Positions 42,401 through 56,030 are shown, counted from the stretch's first letter. The stretch is DNA of 64,000 nt from Perna viridis (GCA_037379345.1 CM074514.1:37634001-37698000), one strand, 5' to 3'. Notes: generated from the sequence alone by a model not told the origin. Program-made: numbers and translations.

Positions 42401-45400
42401 AAATGTGCAATATATTGGAGAAACAATGGAAGCTGTCAAAGAGTCCAAATATTAAATATTGAGTAGGTTTCCATGCCTTCTTGCAGACTCTTACCCAGGT
42501 AAAATAGTACATTTTTTGCGTGATTCATATTAGTGGTGGTCCAAGGTCTGAGACCCTCTAATTCTGCCTTGGGCCTTTTAAATTTTACTTACTTAGGTCC
42601 TGGACCTTCAAACCTTTTCATTGACACTTTCATTGAGGACACTGATTCGAAAATAAATTTTAAAACAAATTTTAATATCTGGCAGTGAACATTAAACTTT
42701 ACTTCAATCAATCAATCACACTTAGTACAACTTCACAAATTTAAGGGATATACAACACCTAAGGGAATAACTCTGTAAAAATCAGCAGGACATTTTATTT
42801 TGTGATATTCTGATATCTAACTCAAAGCATCTTAGTGATCAAAAGTTTTTGTTTGTGAAGCTACAGTATGTTTGTTGAAATTATTCCCATGAAACATGTG
42901 GATAAAATTTGTTGAAATTTATATATTTTGCTTCTTTCATCAAAGTAAAACACTAAACAAAATTTCAAGAAATTTAAACGAGCCAAATAAATTTAAGTGA
43001 TGATGTTAGGTAGGCCCTTAAGAAGTTTAGTTTGTTATGACAAGCACTGCTATTAAATTGTAGTGATATCATCTTAAATTTGAAATAGCAGTACTTTCTT
43101 CTGTAGCACAGCTCATTTTACCTTTTCTCATGAAAAAAAAAATTTATCACTACTAAAGTTGACTGTGCTAGAAACCTCAGCCTGTAATTGCCTTAGAGAC
43201 TAAAGTTGATTGTGCTAGAAACCTCAGCCTGTAATTGCCTTAGAGAACTTACCAGGACAGATGTTATGTTGACTTGTAATGTATTGTGATATTTTCTACT
43301 GCTTACATTTTCAGGTATTTACATTACCACATTTGAAGGCTAAGTGGAAGTACAAAGTCACTGCTTTAGATGGATCTAGAATTAGAAAAGTAGCATTTAT
43401 TAATTTTAGAAGTAAAAGTGGTAAGTTTTACTGATAGTGTATACAGTGCAGCCTCGATATATCACAACCTTTGGCACCAGGCCAAATTTTGGCGATAGAT
43501 CGAGGAAATATTTATGTAGAAACTGTAGTCATTTTATGTTATCTACATTAGTATTATCACTATGTTTTTATGGTAAATACTGTCATAAACCTGATTTTCC
43601 CGAAGAAATAAGTGGTCATTAATTTGGTGATGTCCAGGAGGATAGGACCAGCTGCCAAAATTTGTCTATGCCATACTTTAAACAGTCTTTGTCAGAATCT
43701 TTTCAAATTGTGGTATGTTGTGCTAGGAATATATATATGAAGGTCTGCACTGACTGTTTACGGTTTTCACTATTATAGTTTTTGAGTTACTGACCTATTT
43801 ATAGTGAAAACTGGACTAAGCAGGATAATCCAGCTTGCTGTCAATTTGACAGTCTGTTCGTTTACATTTTCAGATGAAAACTACAATGAATTTGACATAG
43901 CTGTTTTAACTAATCTAGGAGATTTGAGTATTTATTCTGTAAGTTCACTTAGGCAGCAGTTAGTAGCATCAGCTTTGAAAAGAGAAGATATCACGTAAGT
44001 TTAAAATCGTTCATTTTAAGACATTGGTTATAGATGTATCTAGGAATTGGTCTGGAGGTGTCCATCCATCAGATTTCTCTTAAAATTGAAAATGAAATAC
44101 TAAATATAAGCAAATAAGTCAACATGGCCCCAAAGATTGGAACCATGTAATAGTGCTGTTTGAGTGTTTTTCTTCATGTAATTTTTCCTTGATCCATTCT
44201 TTACCAAACTGGACAATTGCTTGACCCATCAGATCAAGATTGCAGGTTCATCCTAGTGTTTGGTTTCCAAATATCAGTAATTGATTTACTTTCTTACTTC
44301 GTCGGCTGTGTGCCTTCTGACACATAAGGTCTCCACACATTACCAATCTTTGGCCAGTAAGTTTGCCCTCTCCTCCTCTCCCTGGTGTACACTTGCACTG
44401 TAAGTTCTTTGTCTGAGATAACCCACCAGCTGATTTTTGGTCAAACTGATTATTGTTTCTTGTTAATTGATGAACTGATTATCTACTCTTCTATGTATTT
44501 GCTTTAGTGGAAGTTGAAAATTGTTTATTCTCTGTTAAAATGTCTTTTAATTTAAACTATTTATCTATTAATCTTATTTATGTATTTTATTCTGTTTCAG
44601 TGGCATTTCATCATTCATCTTCACACGTCATGGCCAAGGATTCTACCTTTTGTCTTCATCTGAGTTTTCACGTGTCACACTTTCATCACGTAATAGTACC
44701 GAACCCTGCTGTACCGTAGAACTAAAGGAGGGCATGAGACCTGAGCCTGAGCCAGAACCGGAACCAACACCTGAGGTTGTTGTTGATGCTCCTAAGGATG
44801 GGGAGGCTGAGGATAAAAAAGAGTGAGTTGTCACAATGCACTGTCCTCTTGTCATTCTCATATCATTGACAATATTTCACAATTAATAATCAAGAGTCTT
44901 AAGAATATATTTTTTGTAGTGCATAAATATATCTGTGTGTAGATAGGAAAGCACTTCATTTTCATCCATGGAAAAATCATGTATAAAGAAGATCATTAAA
45001 TTTCACATTACTAAGTTGAACAAGAGAATTTTATCTTGCAGGTACTGCATTGCAGTGACTTCCTTTTTAAAATTTCATTTACATTGGCTTAAAAGAATAG
45101 TTTTCATTGTAATAAAATGCTTACAAATGTGACTGTTAGAATAGGATGAATTATAAAACTGAAGTAATCCCCCTTTGATTTTGATAACATAGTTCAGAGA
45201 CCAGTGATATCAGACATTGTCTATCTCTAAAACACTGCTATGAAATAGCATTTTTGAGTTTGTCTCATTCTTTCAAAGTATGAAAAGGGTATTACTATTT
45301 TATCTAATTTAAGAAGTTGATTTCTTGAATGATTAATTATAACCAGGACAAATGGAATCATTCTTTAAGGAGGTAGACCTAGGATAAGGGACACAACTCC

Positions 45401-48400
45401 TAGAAATCAGTGATATGTTCGTGTCATATTCAATTTCATCAAAGCCTTTCAAGCTTTCCTTTGAAACAGAATGAAATGAGTCCAAGTTACTTTGATGCTT
45501 ACATGAGATTGATGGAAAATGCTGAATACAAAAGTTCCAATGATTTTTAAGAATTGTGTCCCTTACCCTAGGTCTACCTCCTTTATAGACTTAATATTAA
45601 AGAGACCTTGCTGGTTTCAGGGTAATGTGTTTGCCTGAAGTGTAGCAGGCTGTGTTGGTTCAATCCCCAGCCAAGTCACACAAAAGACTTTAAATTGGTG
45701 GTCACTGCATTCCTGCCAAGTACATGGTATATACGGGGATAGTGTGACGACTGGCTGGTTTGTAGTCAGAATAATGTGTCCAAGTGGGGTGACGTGCCTA
45801 CCAGTGGGCTGTAGCTTCTGTGTACTAGCACAAAAAAAAATCCATCTCTGAGTGTCAAACTATTACAAAGCAGGGTCTGTACAATTTGTCAATAGTTCAT
45901 ATTCTGAAATGCGTATCTGCCATTTGATGTTAAAACATAATCAATCAGTTATATTCAAGAAATGTACTTGTAATTTATGTTAACAGCGAAGAGCGTCGCC
46001 TAACCCCTGAAGATCGTTATAATAGTGGAGATATTGTGGAAGCATTGAATGAATCACAGTTGAATGATTCACAAGCCAATTCTACCATCCCTGATGGTGA
46101 TGTAACACAAGACAGTGTTCAAGTGTTAGTATCCCAACATGTTACGTTGGCTCTGATCCTTTTCGTTTTGTTTTGAAGTTTCAGAAGGATGTTAATTTAG
46201 AGTAAATTTTTGTACTTACTAAATGGCTAAAGATTTTGGTTCTATATACATATACTTAATTACTTAATCCTTCTTGTGCCTTCAGGTGCATAATGCCAGT
46301 TGTCCCTATTTTTGCCCTATTTATATAACTGGCTTGTTAAAGTCAATTTTGAAGATGTTCCACAAACTTGGCCATACCTATTCATAGTGATTCTATTGAA
46401 AGAAAGTATAAAATTAATTTAATTTCTGACATAATTTCTTTGGTCTTGTTTGAAGATGTTAACATTTAACTATGAATTAAGACACATTCTAAATTTCTAA
46501 AATGAACAAAAATTACTATCCATCTGAAAAATGGTCATATCTTGAATTAGATATATTCACAAAACTAGTGTATGAAATTATTTGTTTTTATTTTACACTC
46601 AAGATGACCCTTGAAGTTTGAACTTCGACCTTTTGATATCCTTCTGAAACCATGTGCACTTGTTGAACCCCATCTAATTTACATGTAGTCTTGTGATACT
46701 CACCATGTGACTAACTAGTTTCTGTTTCTGGTAACCTTGGTAACACTTGGTTTTGGAGCTTCTCTTTTGCATGCTAACTGTCTTGGGTAGTGCTTTTAGA
46801 ATGACGCCTGCTTTCATCAGTCGTTCTGTACTAATTTATTTACTATTTTCTAATTAACTTGGCATTGTTGGATTTTTTTTTGAATTCCACGATTGGTTTG
46901 AATTTTACAGTAAAATCGTAAAAACAAGTTGCTTTGTTTAATAATATTACACAATGCTTGGGAGAATTTAAACTTCAATTTTAGATTTCCTTGTTTCAAG
47001 AAATTAGTTATTAAGGGAAAGATCATCTTATTTTATGATCCCGTGATTATTACATTCCTCTGATCTTGATAATTAATTGACAGATTTTAAAAGTACTCGC
47101 TTAAGTATGTGCAAAAAATACTGTCATTTGACTATCGCGGTGTGACGTATCCAATATTTTCCATTGAGTACAAATGTAAACGGCTATATTTCTCAATTTT
47201 AATTGTTCCAATGAATTTTCAAGGCAGGAAACACGCTCTAATAAAAGTATGTGAAAAAATTAAACAATTCATTTACCAGACTGTCATGGAACCAGTTTGT
47301 AAATTCCTCCAACTTTATTACAAGTAACCAAAAAATTCAGTGTTTTCCATAATTTTTGAATGGCACCTTGCTTACTGACATAGCACAGCTCTTTTGGCCT
47401 TCCTCCAAAATTATAGCATAGTGCTCATAGTGCATTTGAACTAAAATTAATTACTAAAGCACAGTGCTAAGAAATCATAGCACTGTGAAGTACTGTGCTA
47501 CAGGCTTGGGGAGAACACTTGAGTCCAAAATCAGCCCTGGCATGATAAACTGGAAAAATCAAACCACAGCTTTCAATGTTTAAAAAATCTGATGCTTTGG
47601 TGTTGATGATACTAACATGCACAGTTTTGTGATTCATTTGCTTCTGCAATGTTTATAGCTTTGCATTGGTGATGGGTTTATAGTGCTGTATTTGTGTTGT
47701 CTTAAAATATAATTTTGTACCATCTTTTTTTCAGATTGTTCACAAAACTTTTTGTGGTATACAATTTCATTATTATGAGCCTCATCATTACATCATAATG
47801 TTTTAAAAAATCATTTGAATGTTCAGACATCCCAGTATTATTTTGACTCAAATTGGAATTTATTTTTGCTATGATTTTGTCGTTTTTTCAGGTTTCTTGA
47901 AACATCTATTAAAGATTTTCCTCTGTTCTTTTGAGTTTAAACAATTTGATTGGTTAAATAGACCTTTTTGTGCTAATTTTCTGTGCAGGAGCAGTTGGTA
48001 CTTCCATGGGGTAAATGCTACAACTTGGTGTAAAAACTACATCAGTTTTCAACCAAATTTTTACAGGAATTTCAAAGAATGGATATTAAACAAAGTTTTT
48101 TTCACCATTTTTTCAGAACATCATTTATGACACTATGAATGTTGATTTCAGTTTGCAAGAATCTGTAGTGGAATCATCAACCGTGATCACATCAAGTGAG
48201 ACCACGACCATTACTACAACTGAAGAGACCGTCACTCACACGGTAACAGCTGGTGGTGATGGACCTGGTTAGTATCTGTAAATGTCCTCGTTTTCTTTAA
48301 GTGTCCTTGTTTTTCTCATGGTTGTTCTGGCTATTTTACTGTGTCATGTGGAAAATTTCTATTTTTTGTGTGTGGTGTTTTATTCGATTGTTTAATAATG

Positions 48401-51400
48401 CATCATGGGATTTGGATCTGTAGCTACCTTATTCATCTGTTCTTAAAATTCTGTGATAATTGAAATTATTTCAAACAATTAAAGACACCCATTTAGTGAC
48501 CTTTTAATTACAGTGATACCTGTCTTAACCTTCCGTGTTCTTGGATTTTTCAAAATTTTAGGGTTCCAATGGGAAAACTTTAAGTGAAGATAAACTTTCC
48601 CACACTTGAAGTTTGATTTCCAAACTGAAAGGAAATGCAAGGCCTAACTAAATGTTTTGATATATTGATTTAACACTTTAATCCTTATAAAAATTCAAGT
48701 TTTCATCTTGTCAAAGTGAAAGGGAGCTTGATAAATAACTTTCCCTTGCAAAAATTGCGCTCGCCCCTGGTGACATAAATAGTGGAATCTTAGAACACTG
48801 CCTTTTTTGATTGTAGAATTTGTTTGGATTGGTTGATTAAGGAGGTAGACCTAGGGTAAGGGACACAACCTTTAAGAATCATTGGAACGTTTGTATTCAG
48901 CATTTTACATCAATTTTATGTAAGCATTAAATTAACTTGGATTCATTTTATTCTGCTTCAAACAAAAGCCTGAGAGGCTTTGGTGAAATTGAGTATGATG
49001 CAAACATATCACTGATTTCATAAGTTATGCCCCTTACCCTTGGTCTACCTCCTTAAATTTCAGTCTAATTTGGTTTGAAAACATTTACACTGAGAAGAAG
49101 TTGTTAAATTATTTTAAAAAGTGTCTGGTTGAGACAGGTTTCCGGATTATCCAGGGTTCAGTTTGGACAGATTTCCAGATTATTCAGGGTTTGGTTTAGA
49201 CAGGTTTCACTGTATTTCATTTGAATGAACTATTCTATAAATAGCATGAATATTTCGCACCCTATTTATTCATATGTGTCGAATTTTATGTTGAATGTCG
49301 TGCACAATATCTCACCTTTCTATTCATAATTTCAAACACGCATTTACTATTCAGGTCTTAGTCATTAAATGATAGAAGAAGCACCTTAGATTGCATGTGA
49401 AAATACTCAAGAGACCATTTATTTATATCATACTCATTTACTGATTTTAGAGCTTGGGAGCATGGCTTTATAACAAGAGGTTGGAAATTTTTTAAATGTT
49501 TTATACGTGCAATGCTAAGCCCAGCAACTATTATGCTCATATCATTTTATATTTATTTATGTTGTCCCAACAGAAACTGTCAATGTCGATGATGATACGA
49601 AATCAACACAGCCGATTGTAACGACCACAACCCAGGTGAGAAGAGAGAGACAATAAAACAAAAAAATTCTGGTGGTAGTTCATTTAACATGACCTTTGAA
49701 CTCACAATGCTCTCAAATGCTTAGTTTGCTAAGTTTCATTTGTTTGATTTGCTATTTTTTTGTGTTAATGGTGTTTTTGTTTTACAATCTTTATTAGGCT
49801 TTAACTTTTAAGCTGCCTTTAAATAGTGCATTTGAAATGACAACAATCCCATTCTCAGTGGATTTGTTCAATTTCATTTTGAAGAATGGCAATAACTGTC
49901 AATCATCCATCATCTGACCAGGTGAATGAATGCAGGTTCTTACTTTTTAAGCAGTTGATTATTTTATTTCTATATTCTTGAGAACTTAATTATGAAATTC
50001 CACTAAAAAAAAACTTAAAATTTTTAAGTTATGTGGTTTCATTTTTTGTACACCCTGCAAACAGAGTTTGGGGGTATATAAGAGTCACCCTTTCTGTCTT
50101 CGTCTGTCTGTCCACATTCCAACTCCTCCTTAACCAATCAAGGCATATTTACGATATTTTATAGGAAGGTTTGGTATCATGTAGATGAGCATGAAGGAGT
50201 TTAGTTATTACTGGCAGAGGACTCCAAAGGGAAATAACTGAATCTAATGGTTATTTATTTAACTTCATTTGAAGCTGGGGGTATTCTATTTGTGAGTTAG
50301 CTGACACTATTTCCAGTTTTTATGCCCCACGACAAACAGTCGGGGGCATATTAATTTACCCTTGTCCTTCCATTCGTCCGTCCATCTCGATTACACATGA
50401 TCATGGCTTGTCCAAAATCTCCTTGTACAATTTTTGAACTACATCTAAAATATTTTAGAGGATATTTTTACATGTGATGAAGGGGTGCAGGGCCAAAGGA
50501 TTTTGATTTTTGTGAAATATTACGGAAGTTTGTGACAGTCATTTTCATCAGAAATAGGGCTATATGGCTTGTCCGGCTATCTCCTCCTGTCAGTCTGTCC
50601 ATCAGTCCTCTGTTTCTCATTGCAAGTATTTTTGCAGTGCTTAGCCTAACATGCCAAACATTTACTACATCAACCAACAGTACATAACCTTTCTGAATCT
50701 GCAGACCATGTCTTCATACAAAAATTAACATGTTGTTAATTTGGTAAATCTAGCAAGCAGGGGCATCATTAGTGTCTTGCAGACACATTTGATTTACACT
50801 TCAAAAAATCACTGCTAACAAATGACGTGGGGGCTCCTGTGACAAACAGGGCTTCTAGTTATTGGTATAAATTTCATGGTTGTAGGAAGAAGAATATTTC
50901 GTTGGATACTTAATTTTCTGGTTTGTGGGTTACTATTTTATTTTTATTTTTAAATAGACATAGAATTATTACTAAGCCAACTCATTTTGTGGGAGATTTA
51001 AAAAAGATATATAAAAAAAATAAATTTGTTAGTTTATTGCAGTGTTTCACAATACTGACATTTGAGACAGAAATAAATTTAGTGACGAATGGAATTTATA
51101 CCTGTTAATCCCCTCTCTTTAGGAGGGAGACTCCTGCTTCTTATGTCAATCCCTGTTTGATTTGAGTCTCCCAGATGGGAGACACAAATCTCCCTCTCAC
51201 AAATTTCTCCCCTCAAAACCTCTGTCTTTGCAGAAGTATTAAATATTGCACACATTATGTTCTAAATGGCTTATTAAAATAAAATAAATACAATGTTTAT
51301 AATAACAACCAATCCTTTTGGTGTACTAAGTACTGTAATTTTGATAAGATAGATTTTTATATGTTTGTCTTATCTTTTTGCAGGGACTTGGATTTTAACA

Positions 51401-53254
51401 ATATTTTCTCCTTTTTTTTTTTTTCTTTTTTTTTTTTGGTAAAAAAAGATTTTCATGCTATGTTTCCCTCTTAGAAAAGCTAGAGAGAGAGATCACCCTC
51501 TTTGAACATTCAGTAGATTAACTGGTATGGGAAGTACATATCTAATACATCCCAAGTTTTCATTTCACTGATTGTAAGTCAAATTTGTTTAAATGAAAAA
51601 TGCAGGAAACATTGCTACGACAGTGTTGAATTGAGTTGATAAGAGTTTACTAAATGCCACTTTTACAACAGCTGTTTTTGTCGGAAAGATGGAAAAGCTG
51701 AGAATAATAAACATTACTCTGGTTAACACTGGCGTATACAGTCGACTCCACTTAATCGCATATCGCTTTATTGCATATTTCGGTTATTAGCATAGTTTTC
51801 TCCTGCACAAAACCATTTCCATTACTTGACTATTTATAGATGAGAAACACATGGTTTTACTTATAAATACACACGACGTAAAGAAGGTCAATAAACAAGA
51901 TAAACACAATATATATTATTATTTATTGATAAAAGAACAATACAATGTGAAGGTCTATAACAATATAATACCAGATCAGAAATGTTGGACAGTGATATCC
52001 CTGGTTGATCCACAGTATCATCGTCTTACCTGAACTCACACTTCCGGTAAAATCGTAATTTTCGGTTATAAGAATAGCCCGGTTATTTGCATAATTTTTA
52101 CTGGCAAATAGGCTATGCAATTAAGCGGAATCTACTGTAGTAGCACAAAAGCCATTTAGCACTAATGAAACCAATTGATTGGTCATTTGACTGTTCAATT
52201 AAACAATTAGGGGTGACAGGACATCAACTGTGCTTTATTACTTCTTCACCCATTACACATAAACAATGCAGAGATTCAACATTTTTAAGCTGACTTTCAT
52301 CTGTGGAGATAATTGTTCATTTAATTATCAGATATATGGTTCCTTATCACCAAAACCATGGTAAAAAGTACTTCAAGAATAAAAATGAAACCACAGTAAT
52401 ACACAAGTACAAATATGAGATAATCAACTGCTTGCAGTGAAAGATTCTGCTTCTATGATTTATATAGTAATATCACATCAAAGAAACAATTTCTCCAATC
52501 AACATCTGAAGTGGTAGGGAATGAGAATTTTTGTCCAAAAATGAAGTATCTTACATTGATGTTACAGAATTTTTTTCTGGTGTCAAAGAAAGTTCTTTTG
52601 TAATCTTCCTTGGAATTTGCAACTGCATTTTAATTTTTATTCCTTGCGAATTTTAATGATGTCTTGAATATAAGAAACAATATCTAAGGTGATTATTTAA
52701 GGATATTGTGTCACTCTTCCACCTGGTGTTGGATGGTGATTTAAAGAGCCTACTCATTACATTAAGTTCTGTGATTTTAAAATGATATTTACTCAGTACT
52801 GTAAATTCCAGTAGCTTTGTTTCATAAAGACAAGGTCATAATCACAACATTTTAAACTGAATTAGATTTTTGTTGATGGAGATGAACTCAGTTTTTCTTG
52901 AAATTGCAAGAACCAAACTGCATGAATGCATACAGATACATGTATTTTCTGAAATTTAAATAATTATGCTACATGTAGCTGAAGCATACAGGAGAAAATA
53001 GTACTAACATGTCCTAATTTTTTTCTATTTATGTTGTGCATTAAAATATATTTAGATAAATTCCACTACTCTGTTTATTAAATATTTTTAAGGGGAAACA
53101 TTTATTTATTTGTCCACAGGTAACAACTGATGTTAAACAAGTGCACGATAAAATAGTGGAATTGACAATAACAGAAGATGACACAGCTCTTGCCAAGGAG
53201 AAACTTCAGGAGACAGAGCAAGTGATTTCTAACGAGACTCCGGCTGTCAGTTAG
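18475..53254 (+). CDS. LLGL1: lethal(2) giant larvae protein homolog (Lgl/LLGL), WD40 polarity protein, ~1132 aa
   Basis: 25 in-frame coding exons: 18475-18558, 21252-21349, 25967-26048, 28169-28284, 31417-31563, 31981-32053, 32786-32869, 33724-33850, 34895-34946, 35450-35622, 36121-36338, 37542-37609, 37950-38103, 38353-38681, 39671-39759, 40243-40375, 41122-41309, 42056-42339, 43315-43420, 43874-43994, 44601-44822, 45987-46124, 48152-48267, 49574-49635, 53120-53254. Hallmarks: [73 protein letters not shown], and the aPKC polybasic site [21 protein letters not shown]. No C-terminal R-SNARE, so not tomosyn. The last 4 exons are less certain. Confidence 0.95.
20332..20583. mobile_element. degenerate MITE
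   Basis: CTACTGTCAAC..AATTTCTCCACTCTCCACAGTG / CACTGTGAAGAGTGGAGAAATT..GTTGACAGTAG inverted ends. Confidence 0.6.
21350..25966 (+). other. U12-type (minor spliceosome) GT-AG intron in Lgl
   Basis: 5' splice site GTATCCTTT at 21350; branch site TCCTTAAC at 25950-25957, about 10 nt before the AG; no polypyrimidine tract. Confidence 0.9.
22670..22860 (+). repeat. interspersed repeat family F, copy 2
   Basis: Aligns to 17272-17440. Confidence 0.8.
30361..30566. mobile_element. MITE family B (right TIR truncated)
   Basis: TTAA-GGAGGTAGACTTAAGGTAAGGG...CCCTTACCCTAG. Confidence 0.8.
34228..34560. mobile_element. hairpin-bearing repeat family H (inverted partial copies ~5915-6125 and ~38770-38985)
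   Basis: atttcacagtgtgaattat core shared by three copies; long internal inverted repeat at 34230-34370. Confidence 0.65.
34660..34869 (+). mobile_element. MITE family C
   Basis: TACTGTGAAAGTAC...ACTTTCACAGTA. Confidence 0.75.
36625..37422 (+). mobile_element. non-autonomous Helentron/DINE-1-like element
   Basis: T-run then TAGCTCACC...GTGAGCTA 5' inverted repeat; (CAT)n microsatellite; two internal tandem units (caaacttggtatgaatgttcctt); 3' subTIR GGTGAGCAA and terminal palindrome AGGCTCCTAGGAGCCT. Confidence 0.8.
41800..42015. mobile_element. MITE family B
   Basis: GAGGTAGACCTA...TAGGTCTACCTCC-TTAA; near-identical to the 45365 copy. Confidence 0.8.
43153..43246 (+). repeat. 47-bp tandem duplication
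   Basis: ctaaagttgaYtgtgctagaaacctcagcctgtaattgccttagaga x2, one mismatch. Confidence 0.9.
43444..43752. mobile_element. degenerate Tc1/mariner-type MITE
   Basis: TA-CAGTGCAGCCTCGATATAT...ATATATGAAGGTCTGCACTG. Confidence 0.5.
45365..45585. mobile_element. MITE family B
   Basis: TTAA-GGAGGTAGACCTAGG...CCTAGGTCTACCTCC. Confidence 0.85.
45605..45950 (+). mobile_element. tRNA-derived SINE (more decayed relative at ~33500-33690)
   Basis: A-box-like TGGTTTCAGGG, B-box GGTTCAATCCC, body motif agtcagaataatgtg shared with ~33630, aatcaatc tail. Confidence 0.65.
48837..49056. mobile_element. MITE family B
   Basis: TTAA-GGAGGTAGACCTAGGGTAAGGG...GGTCTACCTCC-TTAA; inverted relative to 45365. Confidence 0.85.
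50042..50862 (+). mobile_element. cluster of decayed Helentron-like elements
   Basis: T-run starts (ttttgtacaccc..gggggtata; ttttatgcccc..gggggcata) followed by (gtct/gtcc)n microsatellites and ctagtt/ccagtt ends. Confidence 0.5.
51737..52139. mobile_element. pogo/Tc1-mariner-type MITE, ~400 bp, TA TSD
   Basis: TA-CAGTCGACTCCACTTAATCGCATA ... TATGCAATTAAGCGGAATCTACTG-TA (20/24 TIR match). Confidence 0.8.
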
Positions 53255-54925
53255 ATACAAACAGGGCTCTGGGCCCTGGTATGGCACTAGTTCTGACGGT
53301 TGTGTATCCAGAAATAGAGACCAATTAATTCAATTGTGCTTCAGCTTCAAGTTTCTTGTTTGTTGTTTGTCAAAGGACAATTTTACAATGTGATTTATTT
53401 TGTAGGCATTCCAATGGAAATTTTAAGGTGTTCAGTATGCAATTCTTTTGTTTTGGATGTATTGTTTGATTGCAAATTAGACTTTTGAAGGTTTTTTTTC
53501 TAAATCATGTGCGAGTGTTAAGTTGTCAATGGGATTACCCCTTTTAGACAAAATAGTAACAAATAGCATTGCTATTTTCAGAACAAGAAACTGCTGTAGT
53601 TACTATTTATAGATTAAACTTCTCTCAAACATTGTATATGATATGGAAAAAGAAATCTATGGCTTATTTTTTGTTCAGTACTAAAGTTTTGCTTGGACCA
53701 ATTACCAATGTCTTCCAAGTATTGCATAATATGTAGAATGGTATTGAAATATTCAATTTTTGTTTCAGTAGGTGAATTTTATGGGAATGGGTTTTTATAA
53801 TGGTTGTGGTTGATGTCCTAGTATTTGACCCCATACACTTTGTATTATTTTATGAGACTAGTGCAATCTTGTAATATTTCATAGAAATGTTTTCTTTATT
53901 TAATGTGATCATTTTACATAACAATGTAATACGATTGAGGTGGGTATTAATAAGATAATCACTGCTGAAAATGCTAATACACTTACTGGAAATGCTATGC
54001 TATTCGACTCCATTGGCCAGGGATTTTGACAGTATGTACAAGTTTTCACCCACAATACCCTTTTTTGTGATTTCTGCTTTTGGGCAGTTTGTTATTTTTG
54101 AGTTCAAGCACCTTGAAAAGACATATAATCCACTTTAAGTAATGTTAACCAAAATATTTACATAAGATATAAAAATTATGCACAATAATAAATTTTATAC
54201 TTACTCCAATTGTGCTACTTTATATTACGCATTTCAAATAATACCTGTTCATTGTATTGAAGTTAAAGGAACAGATGCATAAAGAAAATGTAGGCATATA
54301 GAAATGTTAAAATTTATTAAATTGTCCTGCTGTGTTTATCTTCACCCTTGAAGTGTATTATTTCTGTATGAATGATGTCTTGTATTAGTGCAGAATAAGG
54401 TTGTATTTGATTTGACTAACATTTTAACTAATTAAATATTTTTAAACAAATTCATGTGATGCAGATTTTTATTTTTTTAAATAAGCTTAAGATAGTTTTT
54501 TTTTCTCTATGCATTTTAAGCGAGCTTTCGATGGCGTTATGTTGAATTACATTTTAGTGCCTAACATGGTTGTTTTTTGTTAAACGATTGCTGAAAAAAA
54601 TATATATTTTTTGAATTTTTAAAATTGTTTAGTTAAGTAGCTTTAGGAAAACTTTAGACTCTTTGATTCATGTATATTTTAAATGGTTTCCTATTTTAAG
54701 ACATAAAAAGAAGTACAAAAATTTGGAATTATTTCTTCTTTTTTTCTCTCTTGAACTAATTAACTTAAATAAAGATTTATGAAACATTTGCTTTTTTAGT
54801 ATTGTAGTTAAAAAAAACTTTACCAAAGAATTGTCTAATACTTCTTCAATTTCATTTATCATAGATCATAAGCTATTCTGATGTTTCTGAATATTAAGTT
54901 CTTTCTTTGTATAGAAACATCTACC

Positions 54926-54931
54926 AATAAA
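54926..54931 (+). terminator. likely Lgl polyadenylation signal
   Basis: AATAAA followed by a U-rich tract (tctttttgttcttttt), after ~1.7 kb of AT-rich 3'UTR-like sequence. Confidence 0.45.
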
Positions 54932-56030
54932 ATGTATAAATTTAATCTTTTTGTTCTTTTTCATGACTAAGATGAAGTGATATATCTTTGTGTCGCCTGT
55001 CATGAAAGGTGAGACTAAGGTATTGCATTTATGGTGTCAAAAACGACATTAAGGTTTTTAAATTCAGTCACCTGATAAGATCTGTTTAACATGAACCACT
55101 TGGGCTTGGTCAGTCTTATTTGGTATGTAGATAGCATCATTACAGTTCCATATTTTGATGTTTTCTGATTCGGTCAGTTTAACATGAGCGATTGATGCTA
55201 GATCAGTTGTATTAGTATCACTACGTGAAACTTCGTATCTGCTAATAAAGGAATAAGAAAGGGAACCAAGATTCTAGCGGAAATTAAAAGAATATATTCG
55301 AGAAGTGTTTACTTACACAGTGTTCTCTGTATTTTTTACGAATCATGACTGCAAACCATTACAGATATAGATATCTCTATAGTACTGATGTAGAAATTTC
55401 AGAATTATATGGATCAATTCCCTAGTATATGGTGAAAAATGCAGATTATCATCAAGTATCAACTGGTCTAATGTTCCAAGGACATAGGCAAACACAGCAA
55501 TGAACATGAAATATCTAAAATAACTACACAGAAACAAAAGTAAATAAGCGACTAGGGCTCCGACTGGGAGCAACGGTAGGGTTAAGTCATGAATATACCC
55601 CTGCAATCATGGTCTATTGACTTTGAAATTTAACATTACATCATTTCAAATTTTGAATAACAGGGACAGGTGAGAAAATGGTGATACACCAGAGAAGCAA
55701 GCAAGTAAAGTAGAAATGTCAATAGTGGTATACCTATTTCTACTGAGAAAAAATCTGCCTGTCAGATGATCTCTTGTACAAATTCACGGAAGTCTTCAAA
55801 GTCGCTAATCGTCAAATATTCACTGTCAATGATTTTGGCTTATTTTCAGCATCCGAAATGGTAATAATGTGATATGCTCTAAAATCGGGTGACTTCCGCG
55901 AAAATCTTGGTTCCCTTGATATTATTGCGTACTCTTTCGTAACCGTTATGACCCGAATGTTTTCAATCATGCGGAACAAGATTAAACCAACTAGCAATTG
56001 CTATATATAGATATTGGTGTCTTGATAATA

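Noticed and set aside
46600-48000. Specific microexon candidates in the Lgl tail intron (for example 46689-46706, 47735-47756)
   Set aside because: Weak splice signals; cannot be told from chance without RNA data
18475-53254. Tomosyn (STXBP5) assignment
   Set aside because: Has the Lgl aPKC motif and no C-terminal R-SNARE helix
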